A DNA stretch of 55,284 nt, filler included, from Circinaria calcarea (lineage: Eukaryota), in the NCBI GenBank assembly GCA_051942165.1. It is 5 parts of 5 records of this genome, joined end to end, with 100 filler letters (N's around TTAATTAATTAA, not from the genome) between each part and the next. Parts side by side here need not be neighbours in the genome. Positions count along the whole stretch, not along the records: positions 1 to 11,002 come from JAVECS010000729.1; positions 11,103 to 22,081 come from JAVECS010000730.1; 3 more parts are not named here. One strand, written 5' to 3'. The notes under the pieces were generated by a model that was not told the DNA's origin, searched no databases, and saw only the letters and a list, made by a program, of their open reading frames with translations. Shown here in pieces: positions 1-12,710 of this stretch. Position 1 is the first letter of the stretch. Each line of letters starts with the position of its first letter. The position numbers were made by a program, and so were the translations under genes.

Positions 1-4
1 GCAC

Positions 5-1789
5 TCAGACACCCGAATAGACCGCACTCACATACCGCCCACACTCGACCCTCTGCTCCAGACTGACCTGCCTGCCATTCACCTTGGCCTTGCCCCTCGG
101 CGTGATCTGAAACCGGTGCTCCTCCCTCCTGCCCTTTTCGCGATCCGCGTTCGCCTCCAGCGGCGCGATGTAAATCGGCTGCGACACATTGTTCCGCTTC
201 CCCGTGCCGAGCTGGTAGTGCTCATTGCCACCCCACCATAATACATCGGCACCCCAGTTGGTGTCGTTTTCCGAGCTGCCCGGGTGCGCGCCCAGGTGGG
301 TGACGTTGTTCATGGTGGCGGAGGCGTGTGTGCTGCCGACGCTAAGGCGCTGCAGGCGGATGGGGATGACGGTGTGGAGGGTCTCGTCGTATTCGAAGAG
401 GGCGGAGAGGGCGCGGATTTTGGTTGGAGTGCCTTGCAGGTGAGTCCAGCGGCCGTTGCCCAAGCCACCGTAGATGCCTTGTCCACAAGACCAGGTATCT
501 ACGGTTACGCGGCCGATACGGCGGGAGGGGGATGGGTCTTCGTTCTGGCCGGCAACGCGGATGGCATCGATGGTGAAGTAGGAATTCACACCGCCCGCAG
601 CGATAGAGGTGACCCGGGGCACGAGATTGGTGCCGGCATAGAGGTTCTGGATGGGGAGGAGGGAGGGGGCGTCGATGGTGGGGGATTCAGAAGAGTAGTC
701 AAAACCGAGCTGACCATAAGCGTTATCACCGAACGCAAAGACGCGGCCTTCTCTGTCCAGGGCGAGGGAGTGATAGTCTCCTGCTGATACGGCGGCGATT
801 TCGAAACCACGGAGAGTGGTGATTTCATGCGGTTGGTCGTAGGGCCCTTCAGGCCGAGTGGTCCACGTAAGGCCTGGAATACCAAGTTGGCCGCGAGACG
901 GGAATTCTTCGCTGCTGGAGGCGGCACTGAAGAGTCGGCCAGCCGAGGTGAGGATGAGGAGATGTTCAAGGCCGGAGGAGATGGAGGACACTTTTTCAGA
1001 CCGGGAAGCCAGGGGGGGTTGGATGGTGCGGTAGGAGATGGGAGACTGGGAAGAGTAGAAGGGAATCCAGGTGCTTTCGACGGGCTTGGGACCAGCGAGC
1101 TGATCGGTACGGGAGATGGGGAGAGAGTAGATTTTTCCGGAGGAAGAGAGGGCAATGACCCTATTTCGAGAGATAGCAACAGATATCAGGTCTTTCCCAG
1201 TTAATGTAGGCGTTGGCTGAGTGGTTTCTTCCGAATATCCCTTTCCCCATTGTAGCAGATCCCCCTTTTCAGTAATGGCAGCCGCAAAGTTTCGATCAAG
1301 CTTGAGATCCCGTAACAGGACTCCATCGAAAAAGGGTATTCGCCTCGGTGACTTGATAAATGCTTCGTCCGAATCGGGCGCTACCACCCGTCCACTGTTG
1401 GAACCCCAAGCATAGACGCCTGGGTTTTCCCAGCTGAGCTTGACTTGCAGGTGTTGTGAGCTGATCAGGTCTCGATTATCCTCCTTCGACAGCCCTTTTT
1501 TCTTCTTCGGCTTCTCTAGTTGAAAGTCCACTGGAGCTGGAGGGGACTCGGCATGCAGTTCTCTTAGCCCGAGTCGTTTCGAGCCGTGGAAGAAGGCTGC
1601 GCCGGTACCAATGGCAAGGAGAACGCCAAAGGAGCGGACCCACGTCTGTTGTGTACTTCTCTCCGAGGGTTCATTGAACCGACTGCTAATGTACCGCCGT
1701 GAGCTGGACTTGATGCCCCTGCTACCACTTGTTCGACATGCTCTGCAGACTTCGAGGAATGCCCGCGGTCCCGGTCGCAAGGTATACAT
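5..1789 (-). CDS. FMP25: Mitochondrial RCC1/BLIP-II repeat protein (Fmp25-like)
   Basis: Intronless 594-aa ORF. Arg/Ser-rich presequence, one TM segment, RCC1 repeats (VYAWGSN, SAGDYHSLALD..GRVFAFGDNAYGQLG, WWGGNEHYQLGTG). Confidence 0.85.
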   Translation of the reverse strand: MYTLRPGPRAFLEVCRACRTSGSRGIKSSSRRYISSRFNEPSERSTQQTWVRSFGVLLAIGTGAAFFHGSKRLGLRELHAESPPAPVDFQLEKPKKKKGLSKEDNRDLISSQHLQVKLSWENPGVYAWGSNSGRVVAPDSDEAFIKSPRRIPFFDGVLLRDLKLDRNFAAAITEKGDLLQWGKGYSEETTQPTPTLTGKDLISVAISRNRVIALSSSGKIYSLPISRTDQLAGPKPVESTWIPFYSSQSPISYRTIQPPLASRSEKVSSISSGLEHLLILTSAGRLFSAASSSEEFPSRGQLGIPGLTWTTRPEGPYDQPHEITTLRGFEIAAVSAGDYHSLALDREGRVFAFGDNAYGQLGFDYSSESPTIDAPSLLPIQNLYAGTNLVPRVTSIAAGGVNSYFTIDAIRVAGQNEDPSPSRRIGRVTVDTWSCGQGIYGGLGNGRWTHLQGTPTKIRALSALFEYDETLHTVIPIRLQRLSVGSTHASATMNNVTHLGAHPGSSENDTNWGADVLWWGGNEHYQLGTGKRNNVSQPIYIAPLEANADREKGRREEHRFQITPRGKAKVNGRQVSLEQRVECGRYVSAVYSGV

Positions 1790-2329
1790 TTACAGCTACG
1801 TCGCATCAGTAAATGACTCGGGAATATGGAATGTATGTATCATCACCTCTTCCCAATCAACTACCAGAATGTTAGCACTTCAGAGTATACAGAGTCCTCC
1901 AGTCCAGAGGAGGTCATCCAGAGATGTTTACGACCGTGCGAGTAGACGTCATCGAGTCGCTCTTAGCGTCTAGAACAGAGTCAATCGTTGCAAACCATCT
2001 TTCTATTCCGTCTACGTATGAACCCTATGTGAAGAATGATATCTCACGAGTCACGATATACACCATGGTACCTCTTAGAGTTGACGTCAACGGTCTGTGT
2101 AGGACGATTGTATGTGTACAAAGTGCAGAAGGCATTCTAGATGCTTCACAGCATTGGATCAGACTATTCCATCCTGCAAGTCGAATATAAGATCCATAAG
2201 CAAGCCTTGACAGGCCACCAACATCTTCGAGCTACCGAGGAGAGATCCGATGAAGAGACAGTCTTCTGACCTGATCCCCGAAATAATCCCAGCTTTTCCC
2301 AATATGTCCAACGAGCCTGCAGCACCTTT

Positions 2330-3628
2330 TCAGCAGAATACTGCTTTGAGCGACACAAATGGGCTACCGGGAAGAAGGCACTGTTGGTTGATTGGTTGAT
2401 ATATCGTGCCTTCGTCCCCTTGGCAATTGGGTTCCACGTAAAAGTTAACTGAGACCACATATTAGAACATACTTGCTTTCGTCAAACATTAAGGTAAAAG
2501 GGTCATCGTACGTTGGCATGTGGAGTATCTGATATATCGAGCATAGTTCTGATGGATCGAGATACACTCGTTATTCTGGACAGTGACTGAGCCTGCCCAC
2601 CCCCCATCTGGTGCACTGGGGCAAGCGTTCTGATTGGGATAGTAGAAATAGGTAATGGACGTGTCTCTAGTCTCAAGCGTCGAATTTCTCTGGCACAAAA
2701 GGTCGATATGAGCTATATCAAAGAGATAATGGAGGAGATACACACCTCATTGAGTTCACGCGTTTCTAGCCCGTCAGTAGAGGCAAGGTCACGCTTGGGT
2801 CCATGAAACTTGTAGCAGGTTGGATCGCCATCCCTACAATGATATGACGCCTGCGGACCAGGTTAGCTAAGTTAACTTTTTAAAGAGTATAAAAGTAGTG
2901 CGTACAGTTCTTTCTGGGTCTCTCGCCACAATAGCACTCGTTTTTAGGGAGGTTGGGGTCGGAGAGTCAGTCAAAGGTCCGTGGAAGGGCCCATGACAAT
3001 CCTTATCACTCAGAGGACAAGGACGAGGGCGATGCGGAATAGGTCCGAGAGGTCCAGGGCATCTTCCCTCTCCGAGTGGGCAGAAAATATGAACACTCTT
3101 TAATATCCAGTGTCAGTACGCTAGACACCTTAAGCGGTGATATCATTGTTCACCTCATCACGCGCTTCAACGATGTCTTTGGGACAGATCCCCACTCCGA
3201 GCGAGCAAGCTTCTGGTTCAGGCTCAACAATAGGACCGCAGGCTCCCTCTCCAAGTGGGCAGATGCGCTGAGTTGTCTCCTAGTATCTGGTGTCAGCACT
3301 GAGCACACGAAAAGAAAAGAGTTCTGTCATTCACCTCATCACGAGCTGCGACATCAGAGATAGTTGATAGAGGTTCGGGAGCTCCGTGGATACCGTGCGG
3401 GTTGACGAATGGCCCATCGAATGGGCCATGACAGTCAGGATTGGCCAGCGGACAAGGGTGGATGATGGCCTAGCACCATCAAGAACAGCATAAGTAGGAA
3501 GTCATTACGAAGGGAAGAATGTGGAGAGAGGGGACAAGACTCACAGCAGCCTCATCAATTGGAGCTGCCAACACACTCTTGAACCCGACCAGTACACCGA
3601 GGGTTAGTAGGGAAACAAAGACCTTCAT
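2330..3628 (-). CDS. Secreted Cys/Pro-rich modular repeat protein (~312 aa, 7 exons), unknown function
   Basis: Hand-spliced exons 3628-3545, 3469-3335, 3279-3154, 3097-2906, 2850-2746, 2689-2512, 2448-2330. All introns are GT..AG and the frame stays open. Signal peptide MKVFVSLLTLGVLVGFKSVLA, six Cx6C motifs, C-terminal 6-Cys domain. Confidence 0.85.
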
Positions 3629-4335
3629 GTTGGCAGTGGTAAGGGAAAGATTCCTAACAAGGGCTCGATGAGATAGCAGACAGACGGACAGACGCTTTAT
3701 TGAGATGATAGCGTCTGGCGGTATGATGGTTGTGGATGAGTAAAAGAAAGGAGGACAGGTGGCATCGGAGTGACCTTAAGTAGGACCAGAAGAGGCCAAA
3801 TGAGGCGAGCGGCGACGAGAGTGAAGGCGGAAGTGAAGGTAAGAGTCCATCAGGAGCGTACAAGGTGTTGTCCGAATGGAGAGTGGTGCCGGCAAGACTT
3901 CCCGTCTACGTGGGATCAGCGGTGCAGCATGGTCGCCAGGCACGATAGAAGTTAGCGTGGTTCTCTTGCAATAGCCATAGACGGCTCCAACGACCGTTTG
4001 ATTTCATAAGGTACAGGGAGCTGGAATGTAACACCGGAGGATGCCCTCCCTATTATATGTCTTCTTTCTAGGCCATTATCCAGGAAGTCGGTATCGAAAT
4101 TCATGTATCCGTGAAAACAATTAACTAACTATTCACATCATGTCTAAAGAGTCAGAATGCTTCTTGCAAACTAATGCCAGTCAGAACTCAAATCCAAACG
4201 TTATCCAAAGTGACTTAAAAGCCTCACCGCCCACCGCATACAGTCTCAGTAAATTCCCAATTGTATCCTCATCACAACCTGGAGACAGCCAACCCACCCC
4301 AACCCGAACTTCGTCCTCTATCTCAACTGGACAAC

Positions 4336-5298
4336 ATGTCGAGAAGATCAAACGCTCCATCGCCGTCTGAGGACCGTCAGGATGGATGGAAACGATCGAA
4401 TGTTCCATCTCCATTTGAAAGCTTTCGAAACGCAGCTGAGCCTGCTGTACCCGTTGGTTCCCAGGCCGAACAGCGCGCTGGAGGTGTCCAACATGCAAAA
4501 CCGCCCTTTCCCTCGATGCGGGATTTGGTCGATTTCCACCGCGAGTCACCATTGCCTGAACACTACTCGACCTACTTTCCCACGTCTTTTGAGCGAACCA
4601 GGATCGGTCTACCCATCTCACAGGGCGGAAATTTGGCCGACGAAACGTCACCAAAAGATAGAGGCTGTGTGGACACGGATGGGAATCTTGTCCACCCCCT
4701 TCCGTATCCTGATCCGCTGTCGGGTTTTGTAGCCGCCGAATCAACGGTAGAGCCTGCAGATGGCTTGGGCAGACTGAAAGCCTTCATCGAGGGCATGACC
4801 GAGGCCATGGCCGATGTCATGGACAATGGCCGCATTACTGGTTGGTTCGCGAACACGCACAATACGTGGGAACAGACGATCGAGGTCGAAACTGTTAATG
4901 GCAACGGGAAGCTCGAGCGTCAGACCTTGGCCGTTGCTACCGTAATCCAACGACTGTCACCCAAAGACGCCAAGCGCTTCAGACACGATCTAATCAAAGT
5001 GGCACTAGCCAGGATGAGGTAGTCTCACAAGATGGTCGTCGCCCTCTCTCACAGGGATGGCTATGACTGGGTCCTGGAGCCAGCTACCCTCAAGAATGTC
5101 TGCAACGTCCGGGAAAAGGGGATGTGGTCTTGTACATGGATTGATGAACGAGAGGTGGAAATGGTGATAGACTGGTACGCAAGTGGGCAGCAGGCATGGC
5201 CGTCGCACAGACATTGCAGGTCTTCAAGGCGTCTTCAACTGAATCTGGTTATGAGATTACCCGTACTCACTTCAAATAACCAATTGGATGATCTGTAG
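4336..5298 (+). pseudogene. Orphan ORF interrupted by one in-frame TAG (5020-5022)
   Basis: ORFs 4261-5022 and 5032-5298 are in the same frame, separated only by TAG-TCT-CAC-AAG. No usable intron there and no recognisable domain. Confidence 0.4.
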
Positions 5299-5818
5299 GA
5301 TATTATGCGTCGAGCTGAGAAGTTACAGCAGACTAGAGACGTCTAGAGCAAACCTATCAATTTGAGACGTTCCGTAGTGAGTGTATGAGTCTGTAGCTTT
5401 GTTGATACTTCATAACCTGAATATAAGACTCCCTAGCACATGAAGCATGGCTGTCCAGGGACTTTGTTACCTAGGTAGTCCATCCTCGCACATTAGCACT
5501 AGCGACACTAGCATCTATCCGATTCCTCGAATAAAAGCCTCTCGAATACGGTAATGAGAACGGTAGAGCCTCGAGGTGCTGAAAGAAGTTGAAGCAGCTC
5601 CCTGTATGAAGGGCTGTCGTTGTCATGCCTTTCAGCCCTATTCTATAAATTTACGACTAGGGTGTCCCGTCTGGCAAAACCAATGCAAGCTCTTCAGCAG
5701 ACAATATTTATATTAAATCGATGTTGCTCTAGGTAACAAAAACCTTTCCGAAGTAGACCAAGATGGGTTTCCGGTACTGCTGATCAGGAGATCAATTGGC
5801 TTCTCAGATTTCAAGAAG

Positions 5819-7156
5819 ATGGCCGAAATTGTTGAGGTAGAGGCAGGGTCACAGAGAGCCATCAAGGACCTACTTTCTGGCGCCGCAGGCGGTATCGCTC
5901 AGGTTTTGATAGGTCAGTCGTTGTGGGAATTCATAATTGATCTTTGGCGTCAGTCTTGCTGTTGTAGATATCTCGAATGCCTTTTACGTGGGTTTCATAT
6001 TTTCAAAAGAAAAAGCGATGACGCCTGAGAGCTCCACCAAGACTGGTATGGATTCATTTGTGTTCAAATATCCTGGAAACAACACACCTTTGTGGTGGGT
6101 TAGACCACTGACTTGTTATCTTCCTTCAGGACAGCCTTTCGGTAAGAGGTTCTAATCAGCCCGAAGATGATGCTATGGTCTTGACATTGCCATCATAGAC
6201 ATTGTCAAGGTTCGGCTGCAAACAACCACAAAATACTCTAATGCCTTGGATTGTGCGTCCCAAATCTTTAAGAATGAAGGAGCTACAGCATTCTACAAGG
6301 TAGGTTGACATCCTTTCGTTCCACTGGAGAACTTTGCTAAAGGCAAGGAACGTGATGATAGGGTACATTGACCCCTTTAGTAGGAATCGGAGCATGTGTA
6401 GGCCTACATCTACTCCCTGCAAAAGACCTTTTGCTCACCCTATAGGTATCAATCCAATTTGGCGCTTTCCACTGGGCTCGCCGACGCTATGAAAACTCAA
6501 ATCTCTCCTCGCATCCCTTCACTCCCGGGCTCTCATACTCCCAATACTACCTCTCAGGCGCCTTTGCCGGCGTAGCCAATTCCATCATCTCCGGGCCGAT
6601 CGAACATGTTCGCATACGTCTACAAACCCAACCCCATGGCGCTGCGCGTCTCTATAACGGCCCGATCGATTGTATTCGCAAGCTCTCCGCTCACGAAGGC
6701 GTACTTAAAGGTCTTTACAGGGGCGAAGCCGTAACCATCTTGCGAGAAGCCCAGGCATATGGTGTCTGGTTCCTGACGTTCGAGTATCTGATGAACGCTG
6801 ATGCAGCAAGAAATAAAATCAGAAGAGAAGAGATTCCGAGTTACAAGGTAGCTTTTTATGGAGGTCTGGCAGGTGAGGCTCTGTGGCTTGCGAGCTATCC
6901 CCTTGATGTGGTGAAGAGTAAAATGCAAAGTGATGGTTTCGGGCCAAATATGCAACACAAGAGTATGAGCGATTGCTTCAGGCAGACTTGGAGGACTGAG
7001 GGTGTGAGAGGGTTCTGGAAGGGTATCGGGCCTACACTGTTAAGAGCTATGCCTGTCAGTGCTGGAACCTTTGCGGTGTAAGTCTGCATTCTGTGCAATA
7101 TTTGAGGAAGCTAACGGTTCCATAGGGTGGAGGCGACAATGAGAGCTCTTGGATAG
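5819..7156 (+). CDS. YMC1: Mitochondrial carrier family protein (Ymc1/Ymc2-like)
   Basis: Multi-exon gene. Three Px[DE]xx[KR] motifs (QPFDIVKVRLQ, GPIEHVRIRLQ, YPLDVVKSKMQ) and GAAGGIAQVLIG. Confidence 0.85.
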
Positions 7157-7308
7157 CAAGAGCCCAGGATGACTTCCAGTGTGACTCCTTGCATTATTTA
7201 TATTTACATATTTGGTACAAACGTGCACAGAGAGGGGAGTCCCTAATGGCTACGATGCTTCTCCTTTCCATTCTCCCAGCGAATAATCTCTTTGTTTACA
7301 TATATTCT

Positions 7309-8490
7309 CTAATTGTGCATATCCGCCCCACTGCCGCCAAATCTAGCATCTCGAGTCCCGTCCTCGGTACCAAGTCGCACGGGCGTGTATGTGATCTCTC
7401 CTCTATGTGCCTTCTCCTTACGCCTCTGCTGTCCCTCTTCACCTGCCTTGCCCAGAACCCCGGCAATAACCTGCACGCACCGCAAACTATCATCATTTGC
7501 AGGTATAGGGTACGTTACCCAGGTAGGGTTAGCGTCCGTATCTATGATTCCAATGGTAGGGATGTTGTTTAACCCGCACTCGTGCAACAATACCCAATTC
7601 TCCAAGGGATTCATGCAGACCACAAGGTCTGGCTTTAGCACCGGCTGATCCAGCAGCGCTTCTTTGAATCCTTCAACTTCCCTATCGTATTCATCTACAA
7701 CTTTCAGTTTGCAACCGCCCAGTATCTGCTGTCCGTTCGTTATGCTTCCAGGTGTCCACCGCTCAAATAAATGGCAGCCGCCAGCCAGCTTCGCCGCGTT
7801 GACCACACATCTGTCCTGCCCTGGCCGGGTGCCGACAAACAAAATCAATCCTCCACGCTCAGCCACGCCAGAGACGACCCGGCAGGCGCGGCGCAGATGT
7901 GAAGCGGTAACGTCGAGGGAGATAATGTGGATGCCCTGTCGAATGCCAAAAATGTAGCGCGAGTTCATAGGATTCCAAAGGGAAGTCGAGTGACCCAGAT
8001 GGGACTGGGACGCTAGGAGGAGCTCGAGGGTGATTGATGATGGAGATGGGGGATTAGTGAGAAGGGTGTGCGGCTGGTAATAAGGGTCAATGTCACTGCC
8101 AAATTGACCGGTAGTATTTTCTAGAGATAGGCCGACTCAGCAACTGTGGTCCCTGTTGGTTATGATGGACTCTTACGTTGATGTTTGATAACACGATGTC
8201 TTCGAACCACCGAGTCGGACTCAAGGTCGAATGTAGCATGAGTGTTGTCATCGATGTGGGGGACGAAATCTGAACTCTCTTTCTCCAGTAACGATTCAAT
8301 GGAGTGAGTTTCTTTCAGGCTGTTGTCCAGAGATGCTTCGATAGCATCTACTTCGCTGGCGAAGGACCGGATGCATAACTTTGCTGGGGCTGATCCGAGA
8401 CGGCCACCTTGAATATTAGAGTCAGTAAAGTGGAATCGATTTACTCGTCTTTTGCCTACCTTGCCGTCGTAGTATATGCCTAAGAATCAT
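7309..8490 (-). CDS. MRP4: Mitochondrial ribosomal protein uS2m
   Basis: S2 motifs SHLGHSTSLWNP..YIFGIR, LILFVGTR, RWTPGSITN, IPTIGIIDTDANP..YPIPANDDS. ATG at 8490, intron-containing. Confidence 0.9.
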
Positions 8491-8633
8491 CCTGGCTGGT
8501 TTAGTCCTTTGAAAGCCCCATCCAAGATGTTGATGATCCTGAGCTTTGGCGAGAGTTTGCAACGTTTGCATCGAGCTCTCTCCTAGCTTCTTAGGCCAAC
8601 ATACTCCAACCTAGCATGAGGCCCCAAAACAAG

Positions 8634-11002
8634 ATGTATGAAGATGCCTCTTTCCATTCCATTCTGCCAAGGGAACAGCCTAAGGGGGAGAAATCCTATG
8701 GTTCGAAACATCGGAGGAAGAATTCTTTACTAGAACAGCCACAAGTAAGCCTAGCGAAGCGGTACAGCTTGCACCTGAACAATCTCTGATACTCTACGTA
8801 GGGTGGTGCCAGAGCTAACGAGAGCTTGATAGATGATGCAGCTGTACTTGGGGTTGTGAGACTACAAATCACTGGGCCACCAAAAGCTACGTTGAGCCGG
8901 CGCGCTCAGTCTTACGCCGACTTCCACTATGCTGTTGAAGCTGTGCTGGGTTCAGCATCGAAGCCTAAAGGAAGAGGTTCACACAAGGATACCAAGGAGA
9001 TAAAAACTGATCTCGATTTCAGTGACTGGTATGGGGATTTGGAAGAGGATCTCCTCGAGGCCAGCCACAGTCAGTACAAGTATGCACAACTCTTCCTATC
9101 GCAGGATGATTCCCGTGTACACTTGCTCATCGGAAATGCATAGGGTCTACCAGGATCAATTGAAGTTCACCGAGTCATACCTTGACTCGTTGTCCTCGGG
9201 TACATCGTCGGCGCTCGACCTTCTAGCCTCGTTGTCCAAATCCTTCCGAGATGTTGAAGCGCAAACCACCGCCTTCCAAAAACAATGCGAGAGCCTGATG
9301 GTTGAGCAGCAGCGGCTCACCAACCTAGCAGATAATTTCGGTGAGAACCTACAATACTACAGCTATCTTGAGCCGATTACCAGAAAGCTCAATGCCCCCG
9401 GCGCTGGCAACTTTGTCAGGGGCAAGGAGTTCTCTGATATGCTCGCACGTTTGGATGAATGTCTAGAATACATGGGAGCTCATGTACGTTATCTCCTGTT
9501 TGAGCTTGGGTCACATATGCTAAACTATATAGCCAAACCAACGTGAAGCAGCTACTTATCGCTCGCGGTACCGCTTACTGCTGACAAGGGGGCTCACCTT
9601 AATTCGTGTTCATTTTGGAGCTGCCTTGCGGGAAATAGCCCAAGACGTTACCAAAAGGATTGCCGATCGGCAATTGAATGATACGACCATGTCTACCCTA
9701 TTATACGCCAAGTTTCGTGCCGGTGCTTCGGAGCTTAAGCAGCTAGCCCAAGAAATCCGAAAACGAGCGGTAGTTCCACCTGGAGCTGAACCAGGCGCTG
9801 AAGCAGAGTATCAGAGTCTGATGAACGAGCTTTACACCAGTTACTCTGCAACACGGGGAAAGCTTGTGATTCCTTTAGTCCGTAAGAAGATCGCCGACAT
9901 TGCCATGGCTCCAAGTACCTCCAAGGACCTTATTGCCTTTGCGCGGAGTAGTGTTGGCTACGTCCGAGGAATCTGCTCTGATGAGTATGAGCTGTGGCGC
10001 CAGTGGTTCGATGGAGAAGAAGGCATGTACGACTTCTTAGAGTCGGTCTGTGAGCCCTTGTACGATCATTTGAGACCACAGATCGTTCATGAGAACCAAC
10101 TTGTTAAGCTTTGCGAGCTATGCACGTTATTGCAGACCAGGTATATGCAGGATCAGGATGAAGAAACGGAGGTGGTGAATGCGAATCAGTTAGACTATTC
10201 CCTCCTAATTCACTCGGCCCTGGAGGATGCTCAAACCAGACTGGTTTTCCGGACCCAGGCAGTGTTGCGAGATGACATTGAGAATTACCGACCTAAGCCA
10301 GAAGATTTGAATTATCCTGCTCGCAATAAACGCATCTCGCTTTCCGCCAGCAACTTGAATGGGCCCATTACTTCCGGGAGGAAGGGGTCTATTATGGAGT
10401 TGAAAAGACCAGTGCCAAAGGATCCAGTTGTAGTCGATATAGCTGATTCTCCAAACGGTCAATACAGCTTCGATCTGGATGCAGCATACCAAGGATGGTA
10501 TCCGACTCTGCGGAAGGCACTTTGGCTGCTCAGCCGCATCTATAGACTCGTCAACGTAAGTCGGCTCAACGAATCAGGTAAAGTCGTCCCGCTGACATAG
10601 TTTGCAGTCTACCGTCTTTGACGACTTGGCACACCAGATTGTCCACCAGACCACTCTTTCTCTCCACCGTGCTGCATCACTGATAGCTTCCAAAGCCACT
10701 CTTAGCGACAGCCAGCTTTTCCTTCTAAAGCACCTCCTCATTCTGAAACAACAAATAGTGGCCTTTGATATCGAATACGTTACACCCGACGTCTCCTTTG
10801 ATTTCTCCGGCGTCACAAATACGTTCTACGAACTCCGCGAACGAGGCGGTTTATTCGATCCACGCAATCTATGGCGATTCATGGGTGGTGGCCTTTTACC
10901 GAGAGTGGTAGAAAACATGCTCGATGCAAAGGTAGAGCTAGATGGGAGACTGCGAACCGTGATCAACGACTTCACCACCAACTTTGCAAGCCGCATCACC
11001 GC
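8634..11002 (+). CDS. COG3: Conserved oligomeric Golgi complex subunit 3 (Sec34), 3' truncated by contig end
   Basis: Sec34-type motifs YLEPITRKLNAPG, WYPTLRKALWLLSRIYRLVNSTVFDDLAHQIV, LFLLKHLLILKQQI. Confidence 0.9.
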
Positions 11003-11102
11003 NNNNNNNNNNNNNNNNNNNNNNNNNNNNNNNNNNNNNNNNNNNNTTAATTAATTAANNNNNNNNNNNNNNNNNNNNNNNNNNNNNNNNNNNNNNNNNN
11101 NN
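11003..11102. other. Artificial contig linker (N44-TTAATTAATTAA-N44)
   Basis: Six-frame stop linker embedded in Ns, identical at four positions. Confidence 0.98.
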
Positions 11103-11290
11103 TTATTAAATATATTTTAAAACGGCGTTTTAATAAAATATAATTTAATATTTTTAATATTTTCTTTAAATATTTTCGATTAAATTATATTTTCTAATAA
11201 TAATTTATATATTCGGGCGTAATTAAATATTTAGATTTATAAAAGCTGAATTAATTGGAGTTATATTAATGGAGTAATGATTTTTTGAAA
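11103..11290. repeat. Very AT-rich, RIP-like degenerate sequence at contig edge
   Basis: Extreme AT and TpA enrichment relative to the ~50% GC genes, typical of RIP-mutated repeats. Confidence 0.55.
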
Positions 11291-11605
11291 TAGTGGTTGG
11301 AATGCGGGGAAAATGCGGCATCGGGCCGGGTGCGGCATCGTTTAGGGATATCTGCTACTGGAAGAACGAGCCAAAAATGTGTTGGAATTTAACTGGAGAT
11401 GAAATTTCCACTTTTGATACGGGTCACCTATACAGAAATTCAAGCCATAGAGATTCATACGCTTGCTGTAATATTATATTAAAATAGCACACTTCCTCTC
11501 TTGACCACAATAAGGTAAATATTACCTTGAATTAACAAGGTAGGAGAAACACCTAGGTGATTAAGCACGGAATAGCCTAAGGCTGCTCGAGAAACCTTAG
11601 CCAGC

Positions 11606-12710
11606 TTATTGCCCCTTTTCTAAAACCCTAGCCGCAACCTCATCCACAATCTCGTGCGGCAACCCAAGTGTCTCGTTCATCAGCAGTCCCTGCTTTGCAA
11701 AATCCGCTCCATAAGCCTCCTTGAGACTACTGGCCAGCGCCAGTTTGCCCATCCCCCTCATGCTGCCCGCCTTCCATTCTTCCGTGCCGCTCCTTATCTG
11801 CTCGTCCGTGTCCACGTGGGTGACAGTCCACTCGTCCACGCCTGTAGCCTTCTTCAACGCGGCCAGGACGTCGTTTATGGAGCACTCAAAAGATGAGATA
11901 CAGACGCTTCGGTTCGCCGTCTCGACTGGGTGGGCCAGGACTCTGGCCACGGCAATGCCAATGGTCGCGCGCGTCGTCGCGGAAAAAGTGGCGTCGCCCG
12001 AGTCCCAAATCTCTGCGGTGTGTGAGGCAATGTTGAAGCCGAAGAAGCCACTCGTGATGCAGCTATTGCAAGTAGCTAGTTAGTTGACGAATCGAGATGT
12101 AAAGGTTTTGAGCCTTCTCTGAGAGTTCTCTTCGTTCTACGTAGCCAAGGAAGGGGAAGGAGAACAACAGCGGGCAGGGTGGTAATGGAATATGTACAAA
12201 TCGAAGAACAGGCCGCAGCAGATGGCAGTCCACGACCATCCGGGCTTCTCCACCGCTTTGAGCTCCTCGACTATCTGTGCTTTCCGGGCAGCGATGGGGA
12301 ACACCTTCTGAACCTCAGTGGTTTTGTCGTTGCCCCCGTAGCTGGATGCCACGAGGCGCTTCACCCCTGCCTTGACGGAGGCATGCGCTAGGGCGGAGTG
12401 GCGGTGATCGGCCAGAAAGCCCAGGGATAGGACGACGGCGTCTTGCCCCTTGAAGGCCTCGACCATCTCCTCGTCCGGATATCCATCGCCGACTTTAACA
12501 ACTTTGCTACCGTCTGGAAATGTGGCTGGGGAGTTGTGTCGGGTGATGATGGTCACGTCGAAAGCAGGATTATCTTGAATAGCTTTGAGAATGAACGGAC
12601 CTAGTCTCCCAGACGCCTAATACATATTTGTCAGAACGGTCTGGGTGCGATGGAAGAGATAACATGAGACGAACCCCGACAATGGCTACCTTGGATAGAA
12701 CTGAAGCCAT
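11606..12710 (-). CDS. NmrA/isoflavone-reductase-like NAD(P)-binding protein
   Basis: Three exons. KVAIVG|ASGRLG Rossmann motif, AFKGQDAVV, AGVKRLV, WTAICCGLFFD. Confidence 0.85.

Noticed and set aside
225..1415. Long antisense and alternative-frame ORFs inside FMP25 (and likewise inside the ABC, GRS1 and CKB1 genes)
   Set aside because: Shadow ORFs expected from GC-rich codon usage of the real genes.
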